From Amphiscolops sp. MND2022 (lineage: Eukaryota): a DNA stretch of 64,000 nt. How positions within the stretch are numbered: position 1 is the first letter of the stretch; each line of letters begins with the position of its first letter. The translations under genes were made by a program, and so were the position numbers. The notes below the pieces were generated by a model. The model was given only the letters and a program-made list of their open reading frames with translations. It made no database searches and was not told the DNA's origin. Of the stretch, positions 1 through 13,186 are shown in pieces. Where the stretch lies: the NCBI GenBank assembly GCA_964187785.1, contig OZ076409.1:39186001-39250000 (forward strand). Direction: 5' to 3'.

Positions 1-1458
1 GTCTCGGAGTGTGGCGTACCAAGTTGGTAGATTGATTGATCGTTCAGGATCATAGATGGGTATATGAATTTGGGAAGTTCCGTGTTGATTGAGTTGGTGT
101 CGGAGGTGGTTGAGGCATGTATGTAAGGTTTCGTGCAGGAGTGGGTGCTTGTTGGAGGCTCTGGTGCATAAGAGGAAGATTTGATTGTTCCAGGGTGCCG
201 TGTGGGAATATTACAAGCAAATGGCCATGCCAATCGAGAGTTTTAAACGGAAGATCGCTTCTTGTCCATATTCGCGAATGATATATCGAATAGTCCCCGA
301 TTGGGATTGGAGGTCCGCGGGACAACACAACACTAGTGTGCCAGAGGCTTGTAGAATATCCGTGTCAGAGTAAGTAATCCATGGCACGTGACTTGGACGA
401 ATTTTTGGTTGTGATATGAGCCATTTCCCAGTTTCCTCTGCATGATTCTTTAAGGGGTTCCACATCAAGTGTCCGAAAATTGCTTTGCGATCTTTCCATA
501 GTGTACGATGCAGGGGGTGGTTACCCATTGGTACGCACGACCAGCTGTGCATTACGGAAAGTGCTTCTAGGGGAGAGATAGGATTTTCAGGTGTGTATAT
601 CAATCGGTCGAAAATGCAAATTTTCTTTTGTCTGCAGAAGACAATGGCTATCAGATGCAACCAGTGTTGGCGCAAGAATTTGCCTCGGTAGATGTCGACA
701 AGGTGAAAACATAGGGTGTCGCTTGTCTCTACAAGGGTGCGTAGATTCTCTAGGCATAGTAATACTGTAGTTGGTGAGACCAATGAGGAGTCGTCGAGGG
801 AAGTGACTAGGAGCCACCATCCTGTGGATGGTTGATATACGTCACCCGGAGGGGAAGTGATGTGATATTTCTTCCATAGTTGGTTGGCGGTGATGCAGCG
901 AATCGTCTGAGGGTTGTTGCAGGTGTCGTCTAGCTCACCGAATAAGAATGAGGGTGGTAAAGGGGGAATGGTTGCGGCCAATGTGAATTCAAGTCCACCC
1001 TTTTCATAAGTTGTCCACTCTTTGAAGCGATACGTTGGACAATTAGAAGGGGAGAATTTATGCATTTCTCTCAGAGTGGATTCCAGAGGTGGGATTGATT
1101 CAGATTCGGTGCTTGTAAAAGCTTTCTCGATTGTTAAGATGATGTGTTGGATGGTAGGCGGGGTTTTGGGTTTTTGTATGTTTGCTCGTATATTCAAGAT
1201 TGCGTGTTGTGGATGGTTTGCTGTTTGTGCTAAGATGATTTCGCAAGTTGGAATCGCCGCTCCCCGGGCCAGTCGCTGATTCGGGGGTTCCGTTGTGACT
1301 AGCTGGATGCAACTACAGTTACGGGAACCACAGGTTCCGCATCTATATTTTGGCGTTCTATTGGCTCGGAGTTGATAGCGTGGTGCTTGTCTGGAAGTAT
1401 CATCTAGTTGGTTTGATTGAGTAGAGGTTGAACACTCAGGAATTTGGGGGAGAGTCAT
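1..1458 (-). pseudogene. Post-integrase extension with a Cys cluster and two TARG1/OARD1-like macrodomains; premature stop at 211-213
   Basis: ORF 211-1458 plus its in-frame continuation to base 1 (...NQIFLLCTRASNKHPLLHETLHICLNHLRHQLNQHGTSQIHIPIYDPERSINLPTWYATLRD) follows the TARG1 macrodomain pattern. An upstream copy reads WWLLVTS...LLCLENLR...IAIVFCRQKKICIF. Confidence 0.7.
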
Positions 1459-1971
1459 GGCTCTGTCAAGCGTTCTGGGTGCGGTCCTGGAGGAAAATCG
1501 GGTTCTTGGGCCTCTTTTGGGCCGTGTGGTTGGTCTCCGGGAGGACGTAGTAGTTCCGCTTGAGGACTTGGATAGTTGGTTTCGGCGACCGGGAGGTCTG
1601 CCTCGAGGTCAAGCTCTCCTGTTGGTAGTTGTGGGTGGTGGGTTTTGACTCGTGATCTGGTTGTCGGGTCCGACACTGTGTTCTTGTGGTTCACTGGTTT
1701 GGATTGGATCAGTCGGTTCGTTGGAATCCTTTGTGTGTTGGTTAAAGAGGGGGAAGTTGCTTAAGGTGCCCGTGAGCGAGGGGTTAGATAGTAATGGAGC
1801 TGAAGTTCCAGAGGGCGATGGTATCAAGCTTTCGATAAGCGTTGGTGGTAGTATTTCCTCCTGATCAAAAAATAGTGGTTCTAGATCGTCGACTTCGGGG
1901 AATGCTACCTGGGGGGGAGAAGTCATGGAAGGAGGTTCGGGCGCTTCGGTCTCAGAGTCTGATTCGGATGG

Positions 1972-4900
1972 CTATTCGAATTGGCTGAATCTCCTGCGGG
2001 GGACCCCTTGTTCGAGGGCAGTTTGAGTACGTGTCTGGATGGTACGAGGAGGGACCGGTCTTGTGGGTTCCAATTCGAACGATGCTTCAGAGAGTTGTTC
2101 AGGTAGGAAGGAGTTTCTAGAGATATCAGAGGTAATTTCTTCGTTAGTATCTTCCACGTATGGATCAGCGATGATAGCTATATTTTGATCCGGTCCAAAA
2201 GGTTGGTAAGTAGTCCAGTCCCAGGGGGCTGGTACGTGTTTCTTTAGTCTCTCGTAGTGGACTTTTTGACCTGTGTCGAGTACGTAGAGACGTCCATCTT
2301 GTAGTACATCGGTGACTTTGTGGGGTCCGCGCCAAGCGCGTATAAGCTTGCGAGTACCACCTTTGGGGATTATGAGACAAAATACCCAGACTGCGTCGCC
2401 GACGGCATGCGCTCTTGCTTTTAGGTGGCGGTCAAACTTTAGCTTTTGTCGAAGCTGAGCTTGATGAGTGTTTCTTCGAACCAATTCATGGATTTCTCGT
2501 TGTCTGGCCAATAGGTGTTCCACGAACTCTTCTTTGGAATCAAAATCTCACGCTGCGAATTCTGGGTATATAAATGAGAGTGGGATGGATTTTTCTGCGC
2601 CATGATGGAGCATATAGGGTGAAAACCCTGTAGTGGCGTGTCGGGTGGAATTATATGCGCCTAGGACTCCATCGATGTATTCATCCCAGTCTTGCATTCT
2701 GCGCGACGTGTAGACTCGGAGCAAAGTGAGTAAAGTTCGATTCTGTCGCTCTACGAGACCATTTCCTCTGGGGTGTGCTGGGGTAGATGTAACTTTGGTG
2801 ACTTGAGAGGCTTTCATAAGTTCCTGGGCGACCTCAGCGGTGAAGTTAGTCGCCTTGTAAGATTGCATCCTAGCAGGGGTGCCATGCCTGGCAAACCATT
2901 TATTTAGGATAATCTTTGCCGTGGTTTGCGCGTCATATTCGTCGTGAGCGCATGGGACTGCCTCTGCAAATTTGGTAAAATGATCTATTACTACCAAAAA
3001 GCCGGTGTCACCTGAGTCGGTTTTGCAGAGTTTCAAATGATCGAATTGAACCAGGTCATTGAAATTGCTACCATTGATGCTCTGCAGGGGGTAGCGAGGA
3101 TTTCCCGCCGGGTGCTTTGCTTGTTGGCAGGTTAAGCATTGCTTGATGTGGTTTACTACGTCCCTTTTGATTCCCGGCCAAGTGTGTCGTTCTTGTATCC
3201 TGGCTAGCACTTTTCCCACGCCTTGGTGTCCCGATTCATCATGCGCTCGGTACAAGATTTCGTGTTGGAAAAGTTGCGGCATGATTATCATGCAAGGGCG
3301 TACGTGGAGAGCACGTTGTCGAGGAACGTAATTGACGCAGAGTATGTCGTCAGGGTTTAAGGGAAAGTAGATCCTTTTTTTGATGGTATTACCTCTTGGC
3401 GAAGTCTTGTATTTCATCTGGGAACATTGGATCTTCTAAGGGTTCGTGCTTCATGAGTTTCTTCAGTGCCAAGAGATGTACGTCTCTGTTCTGAGCCATG
3501 TGTAGGTCTCGGAGGCCATATTTGGTTAGGTGGTGTTCGTGCAATTCTGCTTCTATGGTTCTCAAAACGTCTGCTTGTTTTTGACATTCGACAGGGAATG
3601 CCTCTAGTGTTGGATCGGGTTTAGTGGTGTCTATTCGTGCCGGAGGCACTCTTGTGGTTATGCTCAAAATTCGGTTAGGTCGATCGTTTTCGTCAAGAGT
3701 TGGCGTGGTTTCCCATTGAATTTCAGGATACCAGGGAGTGTCCCTGGTTGGCTCTTCTGGCTGTTTGTTCTTCCGTTTCTTCTGAAGAATGTATAACAGG
3801 GGTAGTTGAGCTCGAGCTTCCTGAGGGAGTGTTGGGTGGTCTGGGATTAGATGACCACGTTTGTCGAAGTATGGAACTGTGGGGAGTTCGTCGTAGTCTT
3901 TTTGTGACATGAAATTGAATCCTTCGCTTACCTCTGGTAGCTTTTCAAGGATTTGTTCGCGATTAATATAGTCGTTGGTGCGCTTGCTGAGTCCATCGAC
4001 ATTTCGGTGTTGCGCACGCGGTCTGTGGATTGTTTTGAAATGATATTGGTCTAGACGTGCGATCCAACGGCTAATCATGGCTTGGTCCATGGAGTAGGTT
4101 TTGAGCCACGACAGGGCTTGGTTGTCTACGCGAAGCGTAAACTCTCTACCTGCTAGGTATGAGTGGAATTTCTCCACGAAGTAAAACACTGCATACATTT
4201 CCAGCTTGGGGGCACCATAGTTCAGTTGGGTCTTGGTCAGTGATTTACTGCCGTATATTATTGGTCTCAGGATGGTTTTGCCATTGTATTCTTTTTCTTG
4301 ATGTAGAATACCTGCGATCGCTACCGTGCTGGCGTCTGTATCTAGCACGAACCGTCCTTGTTCATTCGGTGCAGCTACAGTTGTAGCGTCGGATAAGGCT
4401 TGTTTCACCGAGTCGAAGGCTTCTTGGTGTTTTTCTTCTCAACAGAAGTGTTGATTCTTCTTTAGCAATTCCTGCATGGGTTGTACCTTGGCAGCGTGGA
4501 ATGGGACGAAATCGCGATAGTAGTTGGCGAATCCTGGGAAGCTTTGGAGTTCTTCTTTGTTTCTTGGTGGCATCCATTCTCGGATTTTAGCTACTGCTTC
4601 TGGGTCAGGTTTGATTCCATCGGCTGATACTATCGTCCCAGATATTTGGTTTCCTTGCGCATGAAATCGCACTTTTTTGCCCGCATTTTGAAGCCTGCTT
4701 CTTTGATTCTCATTATGTGGTCTTCGATTGTTTCGGTTGCGATTACTATGTCGTCGATGTAGGCCATGACGACACTCCCGTGTTTCTGTTCGATTTTTTG
4801 TAGCGCTCTAGTGATAGATCGTTGGAAGGTGGCGGATGCATTGCATAGCCCAAAGGGCATACGTCGCCATTCAAACAAACCCAATTCCCAGGCAAGTGCT

Positions 4901-7060
4901 GTTTTCCTTCTATCGCGTTTCTTCAGTGGCATTTGCCAAAAGGCCCACGCTAAGTCGATGCTTGTGAAGATTTTAGCGTTACCTATTCTGGACAGACTTT
5001 CGTCTATTCTGGGAAGGGGGAATGCATCTTTTACTGTCACGTCGTTTAGCGGATGGAAGTCACAACAGAAACGAAGTTCGCCTGTCTTTTTCTTTACCAT
5101 TACTATTCCACTAGCCCAAGGCGAGTAGGAGGGTTGGATTAAGCCTAAGGCTAAGAGGTTCCTTACTTCTTGATTGGCTTTGGCAGCCTTGTCTGGAGAC
5201 ATTCGCCTTGCGCCCTCCCATTGGGGGACAGCTTGTGGTTCTAATTCAATACGATGTTTTGCTATTGTACATTTCCCTATGTCGGCCTTATATTTCATAA
5301 AGAGGTCGTCGTACTCGTTTAAAACTTCTGCTAATTGATCTCTCGCTCCCTCCCCCCAAGACGAAAGGACAGAGGACAGGTCAGGGCCTGGTTTTGGTTT
5401 TAATAGGTTGGGGTCGGTTTGCGCGCCTTTTTCACTTTCCGACATTTCCTCTTCCGACAACTCGGTAGACGATAAAAAGTTTTGTGCGAAAGAACTGAAT
5501 TCACTGCTTGTGTCGTCGAGATCAACAATATTGATATTTTTAACTTGTTCTATCAGAGGCATGGAGGTTCCATCGGCTTGGTCGACCGAAACCGGTCTAA
5601 ACATAAAAACGGTAGGCTCCGCCTTGCCAAGGACAGTTTTGCTTGGTATTTGTAAGATTTCGGTAGCGGTTTTGTTTCTTATGGCTAGGTACACCGTGCC
5701 GTCGTCTCCCACTGAAGTTAGGGTGTCTTCTGGAATAAAGGAACTTCGATTGTACATCCCGCTTGGGCGTATCATTACATTACGGAAACGGTATTGGTTG
5801 GGGTCCTGTGTGATGACCTCTGCTCTAACCAACTTACGTTCGAAAGGTCCTAGTACAACTTTGTCGATGGACACTACCAAAGAAGGTTCGTGGTCACTAA
5901 CCTCATGGACAGGTTTGAAATGGCGTGGAGTTTTTGGGTCTCGAATTGTGACTCTCATTGCAGTCAAGTCCACGAGGACGTTATAGGTGCGTAAGAAGTT
6001 GCGTCCTAACAGGAAGTCTTCAGCTCCTAGATGGTCAGCTATGACAATGAAGTTGGTCTTCAGCGTGTGGCCACCCAATTGGAAGCTCACATTCTCTGCC
6101 ATGCCGACAGTCGTTATGGTTTTGCCGTTTGCTGCGTATAGCTGGACGTCATACGGCATGAGGCTCAATGAGTGGGCGGAAGCAATCTTTTGGTATGCGA
6201 CAAGAGAGAGGATGGAGACACCTGAACCCGTGTCGATCATATAAGGGAATGGGTTCCTGGAGGTTGTTGCCAAAGGCAACTACCAGTGATGCTCGTTCGT
6301 CAATGCGAGCTTCTCCCTGAGTGTCTTGCACTCCAATATTATAACACCTCAACTCCTGGCGACCCAGGTATAATCCCTGTGGGAAATAACCTTCTACTAC
6401 TACGATGGCGTCAAATTTCATGTCGACCCCGTCTACGTTAATGGCCACTGGTAGTGGAGAAATTGTCTTCACCTTTTGGATTGGTGCTAATTTGGTCTCG
6501 TCCTCCCGGGTGAAGTGCGGTAACGGTCGAGCGGTGATCGTATACTTGGTGTTTCTACACAGCTCTTCCTTTAATTGCGATAGTGTCAGTTCGGGACGTG
6601 ATTTTTGTTCAGCCGAGAGGAGTAGGTGTATAGATATAAGTGTCTCGGTGCAGTCCGGGGCTGGTGCTTCCAGCGTGGTAAGCACTTGTTTTTCGCCACA
6701 AGTAATGACGACAGGACGAGAAGGGCCTCCGGCCTCTGCTACCGAGATTACTCTAACTTGATCATCCTGTGGTGCGCCATCAAACTGGTTGGTATGCGGA
6801 GCATACCATGCTGCTCTAATTTGTTCTTCTTGTCTAGGGTATTCTGGGGCTATACGTTCTGATGCGGAATGCTCAGTGCATCCACAATTAATACAGAAGG
6901 CTACAGTCCCTTGGATATGTAGTGATGCTGGGTGTACTTCGTTATTCACCCCGTGTGGTTGTGAAGGGCAAGTCCATCCACCAGATGGGTTGGTGTGGCA
7001 AGAATTTACTTGTTGTTGTACTAGTTTTCGTGCACGGTCTTTGAGTGGGCAATCGATCAC
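1972..7060 (-). pseudogene. pol: Gypsy pol: protease, degenerate dUTPase-like segment, RT, RNase H, integrase with GPY/F motif
   Basis: IDTGSG protease; SPWASG, MPFGLCNA and YIDD RT motifs; DTDAS...YGSKSL RNase H; HDESGH/CLTC zinc finger; DHL...GLVERQNR integrase core with the second Asp changed (QSYKATNF); WRGPHKV. Split across ORFs 6149-7060, 4630-6279, 4439-4672, 3389-4408, 2548-3417 and 1972-2523. Confidence 0.96.
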
Positions 7061-9521
7061 GAAGTGTGATGGGTCGCCACAGTTAAAGCATGCTCTTTGG
7101 GGTTGTTGTCGGTAGGGTGCCGGTTGTGGTGGAGGTGGAACTTGTTGGGGTTGTTGTAAGGGTGGTGGAATTGCCTGGGGGTAATTTCGGTTGTTGATTC
7201 GGTTGCGGAGGCTAAGGTTGTTGAGGGGGAGCCATTTGATAATTCTCTGGACGGTTAGAACCGCGCATGCGCAGGTATTGTTGAACTGTGAAGCGAAGCG
7301 CTTCTACTGTTGGAGGTGCTTCAACGTACTGTTCTTGCGCATACATCAGTGCGAGATTTCTTTTTAGTTCGAAGTTGCGTACACCTTCGATGAATTTTTG
7401 CATTATTTCGTATCTGCGAACGGTCACCTCTTCGTTAGGGTAGCCTTGGCTGCGTAGACCCTCGAGGGCATCGAGATATTGCATGTAGTCTTCTTCATTG
7501 TTCTGGTTGCGTGTTCGGAATTGTTGCTGTATATGGATCTTGCTTGACCCAGTTCCGAATCGTCGTGCCAGTAATGTAAAGACTTTTTCGTCGGTGTCTC
7601 TTTCCGCCTCGGATTTATTGGTGATGTAGTCTCGGGCCTCGTGTTCTAGATACTCTATTATAGTCCAGGCCTTGTCGAGGGGAGTCGCTCTGGCGTGTGC
7701 CTTCTCTAAGTGACGTTTCATCAACATCATCCATCCGTAGGCGTTTCCGTCCTTGGTCCCTCGATATTTCGTGGGTTTGTTTTTCGATTCTTTCACCGCG
7801 AGCAGCGGTTCCAAGCCTTTGGACATTGCGGTTGAAATCGCTTCCGCCAATGCTTGTCTTTGGCTAGTTCTTGGGGTGTCGGGTGTTACGCTTGGCGTTT
7901 CTGGAAGTTGTTCCATCTCGTCATTGTCTTGTTCTAAGTTTCTTTTTGTTGTGGATTTTCGCTGCGTGCTAGTTGCCACTGGCCGCGGAATCAAATCTAA
8001 ATATGCATGCTTGGGGTTTTTTTCGCTGATGTTGGTCTTGGCGGTATAATAGTTTGATTCTCTTGTAGACATGCCGCTTGCGGGTGAACAATAATCTCCC
8101 GTTGTTGATGCACCACGAGCAAAAGGGTCAAATGAGACACTGGATAGTGGGTCCGTGCCCACATCGCAGGATTCTGTTCTGATTACTCTCATCATCTTGT
8201 TGGTTCGTGGTTGATCTCTTTTGTATGTTGCAGGTGGTACCAATTTCAGAGGTTTATTTTGTTCGGCGTTGGACTGGGCTATCTTGCGGTAGGTGGCTTG
8301 TGTTGGGTTTGGGGCAGTGCTGGTGGAAGGCTGTTCATCTGAGTGAGAGGTCATTGGCGCCGCTGGCGTTATTTTTGCATGAGCCGCTGCAGTTTGGGCT
8401 GCCATTGCTTTCACTCCTAATGTCAGGTCCTTCATCGTGGTCATCAGATCTATCATTCTGGTGTTTGCGTCAGTCTCCCTGCGTTGTATGAGATCTGACA
8501 TCATTTTCATCCGTTCGTGTGCTTGACGATCTCTTTCTTTCATCACGGCGGACATTTCGGCCATGCGTGTGTCTGCTATGTTTTCTCTTTGTTTTATCAA
8601 GTCATTGAGAGAGGCCATGGATGCTTCTAATCTTCCTTGGCTCTGACGTCCTTCAGCCTGTATTTCTAACAGGCCTTTCCTCATTTCATCCATGTCCCTC
8701 CTAATGACATCAGCTCTCATCACATGTTCAGTATTTTCTCGTGACAATCGTGAATGTACTTGTGACAATTGAGCCAGGCTATTTCGAAAATCTTCTCTCG
8801 CGGCTTGTGATTCTCTTGTGATTTTGGTTACGGTCGAGTCTGGGGCCGTGCCTGCACTGGCTCTGGAGTTAGGTGTGTGGTTTGGTGTGTCTATTTGCCT
8901 TGGGACAAGATCCAGGTTTCTTGATGGAGGTGTCCTAAAGACGTACCGCAATGGGTTGTCTTCCACTTGTGTTGGTTGGTTGTCATTTGGTTTGGTAGGT
9001 GCCGTGGATGGCCCTACTTTTTGTGCGTATCCGCTTAGAAAGGGGTTTTGATCGTTTCGATTCGCGTTAATGTCTAATGCGTGGGAACCCAGCGGGTTCT
9101 TATTTATCGAAGTAGTGCGGGGGGCCGATACAGGAGTTGAGTGATTGCTGTTTTGTGATGCCGTTTCTTCGGCTGCACTTGTTTCATACGGGGGTTTTTT
9201 ATTTGAGTTTGGCCACTCCTCTAGGCTATAGTCAGTGACTTCTAGAGGGGGCCACGCGTTGTTTCGCGTTGTGCTTCCGATACTATCCACTGGATCAGTA
9301 CTATCAGGGGAAGCTTGCGACGAACCGAGTTGTTCGGCTGCGGTTGTCATCTCCATGTTTTGTTCCGTGTTGGAAATATAGTCAGACATGAGTTCTGAAA
9401 ACATATCTGCAATAGTTGGTTCCTGTTGGTTGTCAGTAGGGATCTCCCAACGGGTTGCGTCCTCTATTACGTTACTAAAAGGATTAGTAGCATGTAAGCT
9501 TTTGGGAGGCTTCCAGTTCAT
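7040..9521 (-). pseudogene. gag: Gypsy gag (coiled coil, capsid-like domain, CCHC zinc knuckle), disrupted near 7212
   Basis: 769-aa ORF 7212-9521 with capsid-type motifs (RTRNQNNEEDYMQYLDALEGL, KFIEGV). CFNCGDPSHFVIDC knuckle at ~7045-7090 lies past the break. Confidence 0.9.
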
Positions 9522-12401
9522 TCTGGTTTGCTTTTGGCGTTTGGATTCTGATCGTGAACTAAAGGGGAATTTTCGAACAATGGTATTATTGATCTATTTG
9601 TTTTGTTCGTCCCCCTGAACTGAAAAAATGGGTGAAAGGTAATAACAGGTGCTCGTTGCAGTTTTTCGAAATTAAAATCAACTGGATTACATAGGTATGG
9701 TTGCGTTGTAGTTAGGGTGCGATCATAGGATCGCGATTAACAAAAAGTTTGTTCTACCTTTGGTAATTAGGCTAGTGTAATTCCATGTACTATTACTAAC
9801 TAAAGTTTCATTCCTTGTCTCCACTTAGTGGCGGGAAATAGATTTTTGATTTATCAAACAGAAATTTTTTTTTGACTATTTACGTTCTATTTGCTAATCT
9901 ACTTTGGAATAAGCTATGGAAGAGCCTATTGATTTGTGGCTAGTGGTGTGGGCAGTAAATTGGGTTGAATGGTAATGGTTGAGATGAATGGTTTAAGCGC
10001 AGTGCGCTCTTTCGACTGGCTAAGCTTGTCACTCACCTAGTCCTTCCAACTTTCGGGTTCGGGTATGGTGGGATGGATGGGAATTGGAACGGGACTCGGT
10101 AATTAGTATGGAAGAAGGGGTTTAGTTTGGAAGGCAACCTTGATTGAGGCTGTTGCGTTGATGGTGCTATAATTTCACTTTTTTAGCAGATTCGGTACTA
10201 AGGTGCGCAATTTCTTTGGTCAATTGGGCATCTTTTTGGAGGCTCTTGGTTTTGGAAGCACTGCTATGGCGGTTAATGCGACTCTATTGGGAGAGTAGGG
10301 GGTGCTCTTTATGTTTAAGAGTTATGTTCAAGTCCTTATGTGGGTTGTTTGGGACTGAAAGAGTGCCGTGGTCTGTTCAATTTTCGCAAAACTAGCGGAT
10401 TTGTCGTCGATCGACAAGTCTGGGAAGGGTGAAAATCATTTCTCGGGCTCGTAGCGACTTGAAAACTTCACACCGTATACTACACTAACTGAATCGTGGG
10501 GAATGAACCTCCGATTGCGTCAAAATTGAGTCTGTGGGTGTCACGGCCACTTTACAATGTTCACTGAAAATTTCGACTATGTCGTGTAATTCACAAAAAG
10601 TGGTCAAACTCGCCTTCTAGGCGTTCCAGCTACCTGAAATTTTGCAGGCGAGCGTAACTTTTGTTCACGTAACAGAAAAACACAGCGGCGAGGTGCCTGA
10701 ATCAATATCTGGCGATATGAAGTGACAAAACCTTGATGTACCAGAGGTACCACTTTTTTGGGTCAAGAATCACAAAAATGTCAATTTCTCAGCTTTGGCT
10801 AGTAGCCGGCTGCTCAAATTGCACAAATCGTTGTTATCTAGTGCCGTGCGCACGAAAATGTAAGAATTTTAGTGCTGGGATACCTGCGAGGTTTTTCACT
10901 ATGCTCAACTAAAATTCAAATTTTTTGACATTTTCACACGATTTTTGAGCAAAACTGCGGCTAAGATTTCTCAATCACTAGTAATGCTAGCGCTACGAAA
11001 ATTACACCACTAACGTAACTTTTTATGGTCTACACGCTGGTGCAATCCGTTTGAGACTGGTCCTACTAGGAGAGATTTCGACTTGTGCTGGAAGCACTAC
11101 TACTTGGTTCCCAAAAAGTCGCAAAAATAACGCGTTTTCGGCTATTTCTCAACAACCACTGGTTGGAATCACTCGCGTTTTTCTGCGTTTGTAACGTTAT
11201 TTTCTATAATAACAGAAAATGGGCAAGCAAAACCTGGTAGGTTCCAAATAAGGTCTCTCAAAAAATTTTCAAATAACGCTTTTTACATTCTCGGAACAAC
11301 ACTGAAATAGCGTGTTTTCGCCAAGAAATTTCTATCTGTCGGTTCTTGGACGTTCGGGATTGTTCCAATAGTACCGTGAAGATGTGTTGCAATTTATTTT
11401 GAAGGGCTGGGGTTCGTTCAATTAATATTTTTGATGTTATATCTCTCAGGTCTATGGGTCCTCTGCTCAGGTCTATGTATATCAAGAGAAACAAGTTGTT
11501 AAAGTTTCAATTTCTATTGGGGAGTCTTAAAAAAAGCTACTTGGCAATAGTGTTTCGTACTACCAAGTTAGGGAAAAAGGTTTTTGGGCTGATTCAGAAG
11601 CTTGGAAGCTAATGTTCAACGCTTTGCCCTTGTCAAATTGGGTCAAATTGGCCAAATTTGACGATTTTTTAACGAAAATCGCTGAATTTTTCACTGTTTT
11701 TGGAAAATTGGCACCGCGGAATTTTTTATTCCTGACCCAGGGGGTCTATTGGAACGTTTTTTTTGTATTCCCACTGGCCTCACTCTATTTGATAAAATAT
11801 TGGCTTTCAAAATTGAAAATTTCGGTATTTGAGCTATAAATAACGTTATTTTCAAGGTTTCCGAGCTCAAATTTTTAAATAACTGATCGGAATACCCTTT
11901 GGGTATTTTTCTCAGTTAGTTGTAATGGGAATAGGCCTGGGAATATTCTTTTTGGGCCGTTAAATTTAGAAAATGGACGATTTCACCCGTTTGACCTGGC
12001 GTACTGCAATCACAGGGGCATGGGAGGAGTAGTCGTGTAGGAGGTCGTCACGTTAGCACAGCTGGTGGAAACATTCGGCATTCGTCCTCTCTGTCCCCAT
12101 ACATTGCAAATTAGCTGAAATCAAGCTAGAAATCCCTTTAAAATACGTTCCGGATAGGCAGGAACAGCTTTTTTATTAGGTTTTAGTAAGGTAGAAGGGG
12201 GTACACCGTCAGAAACTGTTAATTTCTCTAAATAGACCTCAGAAACATGCGGAAAACGCAGGAACAACATTAGTACAAAGCCCAAAGGGCTAGAAAAAGG
12301 CGATAAAAATAATCTAGGACTCTCCCATAAGTTTTCCTAGATCTGGACCCTTCGGGGCCGGAAAGCAGAAGTTGCTCCTACTAGTACGCAAAATGAAAAA
12401 T

Positions 12402-12419
12402 ATCCCTCTGTGGTCGCCA
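12402..12419 (-). promoter_or_regulatory. Primer binding site, tRNA-Arg(TCG)-like
   Basis: Plus strand atccctctgtggtcgcca resembles the 3' end of eukaryotic tRNA-Arg(TCG) (recalled as ...gtcccttcgtggtcgCCA). Minus strand reads TGGCGACCACAGAGGGAT. Confidence 0.65.
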
Positions 12420-12434
12420 TAAAAACTATTCCAG

Positions 12435-13154
12435 ATGTAACGACCGGCTAGCGACGTACATCTAGGAAGAGGGACAATGCCTAGGATGCTTAAACAGGAG
12501 ACCGTTGTCTTACTACATACCTAGACATTAGTTTTTGATCCCAAAACGGTCTCCTAGGGGGACTTTTCTATCGTCTAAGGAGGCTTCTCTAGTTAGAGCT
12601 CCGAAGCGACGCGCCGGCACTCTCAAAGTCCGGACACGCCCCACAAGCCTGTAAAAACGTATCCTAGATTCCCAATACGTTCCTGCTATCTCCTACAAGC
12701 TTCCGAGGTCAAAAACGGTGATCAGCTGGAAAACTTAGTATTTGGCAAATGGGACATAAAAAGACCTAGAAGGTTAAACATCTTTCAAATATTAAAGGAA
12801 AAATATGAAAATAATAAGGGAAAACGGGGATAGGCCCCAGTTACTTTACAGTTTTCAGTCCATCATCCATATTTCGCTCCTGGCAGGATTCCGCAGATGT
12901 TGTTGGTTTCCCAAGGAGATGTCACAGCATTCCGATAATCCTTCTGCTGATCTTTCTTCATCTTCTGGCAATTCTTCATCTTTTTCTGCTACTTTTCCAC
13001 ACGTGCTCTGTTTCTTGCTCGCTCTCCGCGTGTGTTCTTTTTTCTTTCATGCTTTTTGTACCTGCTAGGTCGGCCATCTTTTTTCTTCTGTTTTGACATC
13101 GCACATTTCGAATTTTTCATCGAAATTTTGGTCATGCCGGTGGCAGACGTTACA
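12435..13154 (-). repeat. 5' LTR (720 bp) of the Gypsy element
   Basis: TGTAACG...CGTTACA inverted termini; lies upstream of the PBS and gag; host intron resumes at 13155. The second LTR and TSD are outside the window. Confidence 0.85.
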
Positions 13155-13186
13155 TTGTTTCAGTTCCTCATTCCAAAGGCACTAAC

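Larger units (their letters stand above)
1..13154 (-). mobile_element. Ty3/Gypsy LTR retrotransposon, decayed; 3' part runs off the window start
   Basis: Minus-strand order is LTR, PBS, ~2.9 kb leader, gag, protease, RT, RNase H, integrase (Gypsy order). ORFs are broken by many frameshifts and stops. Confidence 0.97.

Noticed and set aside
211..1458. env gene
   Set aside because: No signal peptide or C-terminal transmembrane anchor; the pattern fits macrodomains better.
4766..9051. Long plus-strand ORFs opposite gag/pol (e.g. 5408-5986)
   Set aside because: Antisense shadows of the coding strand with no recognisable motifs.
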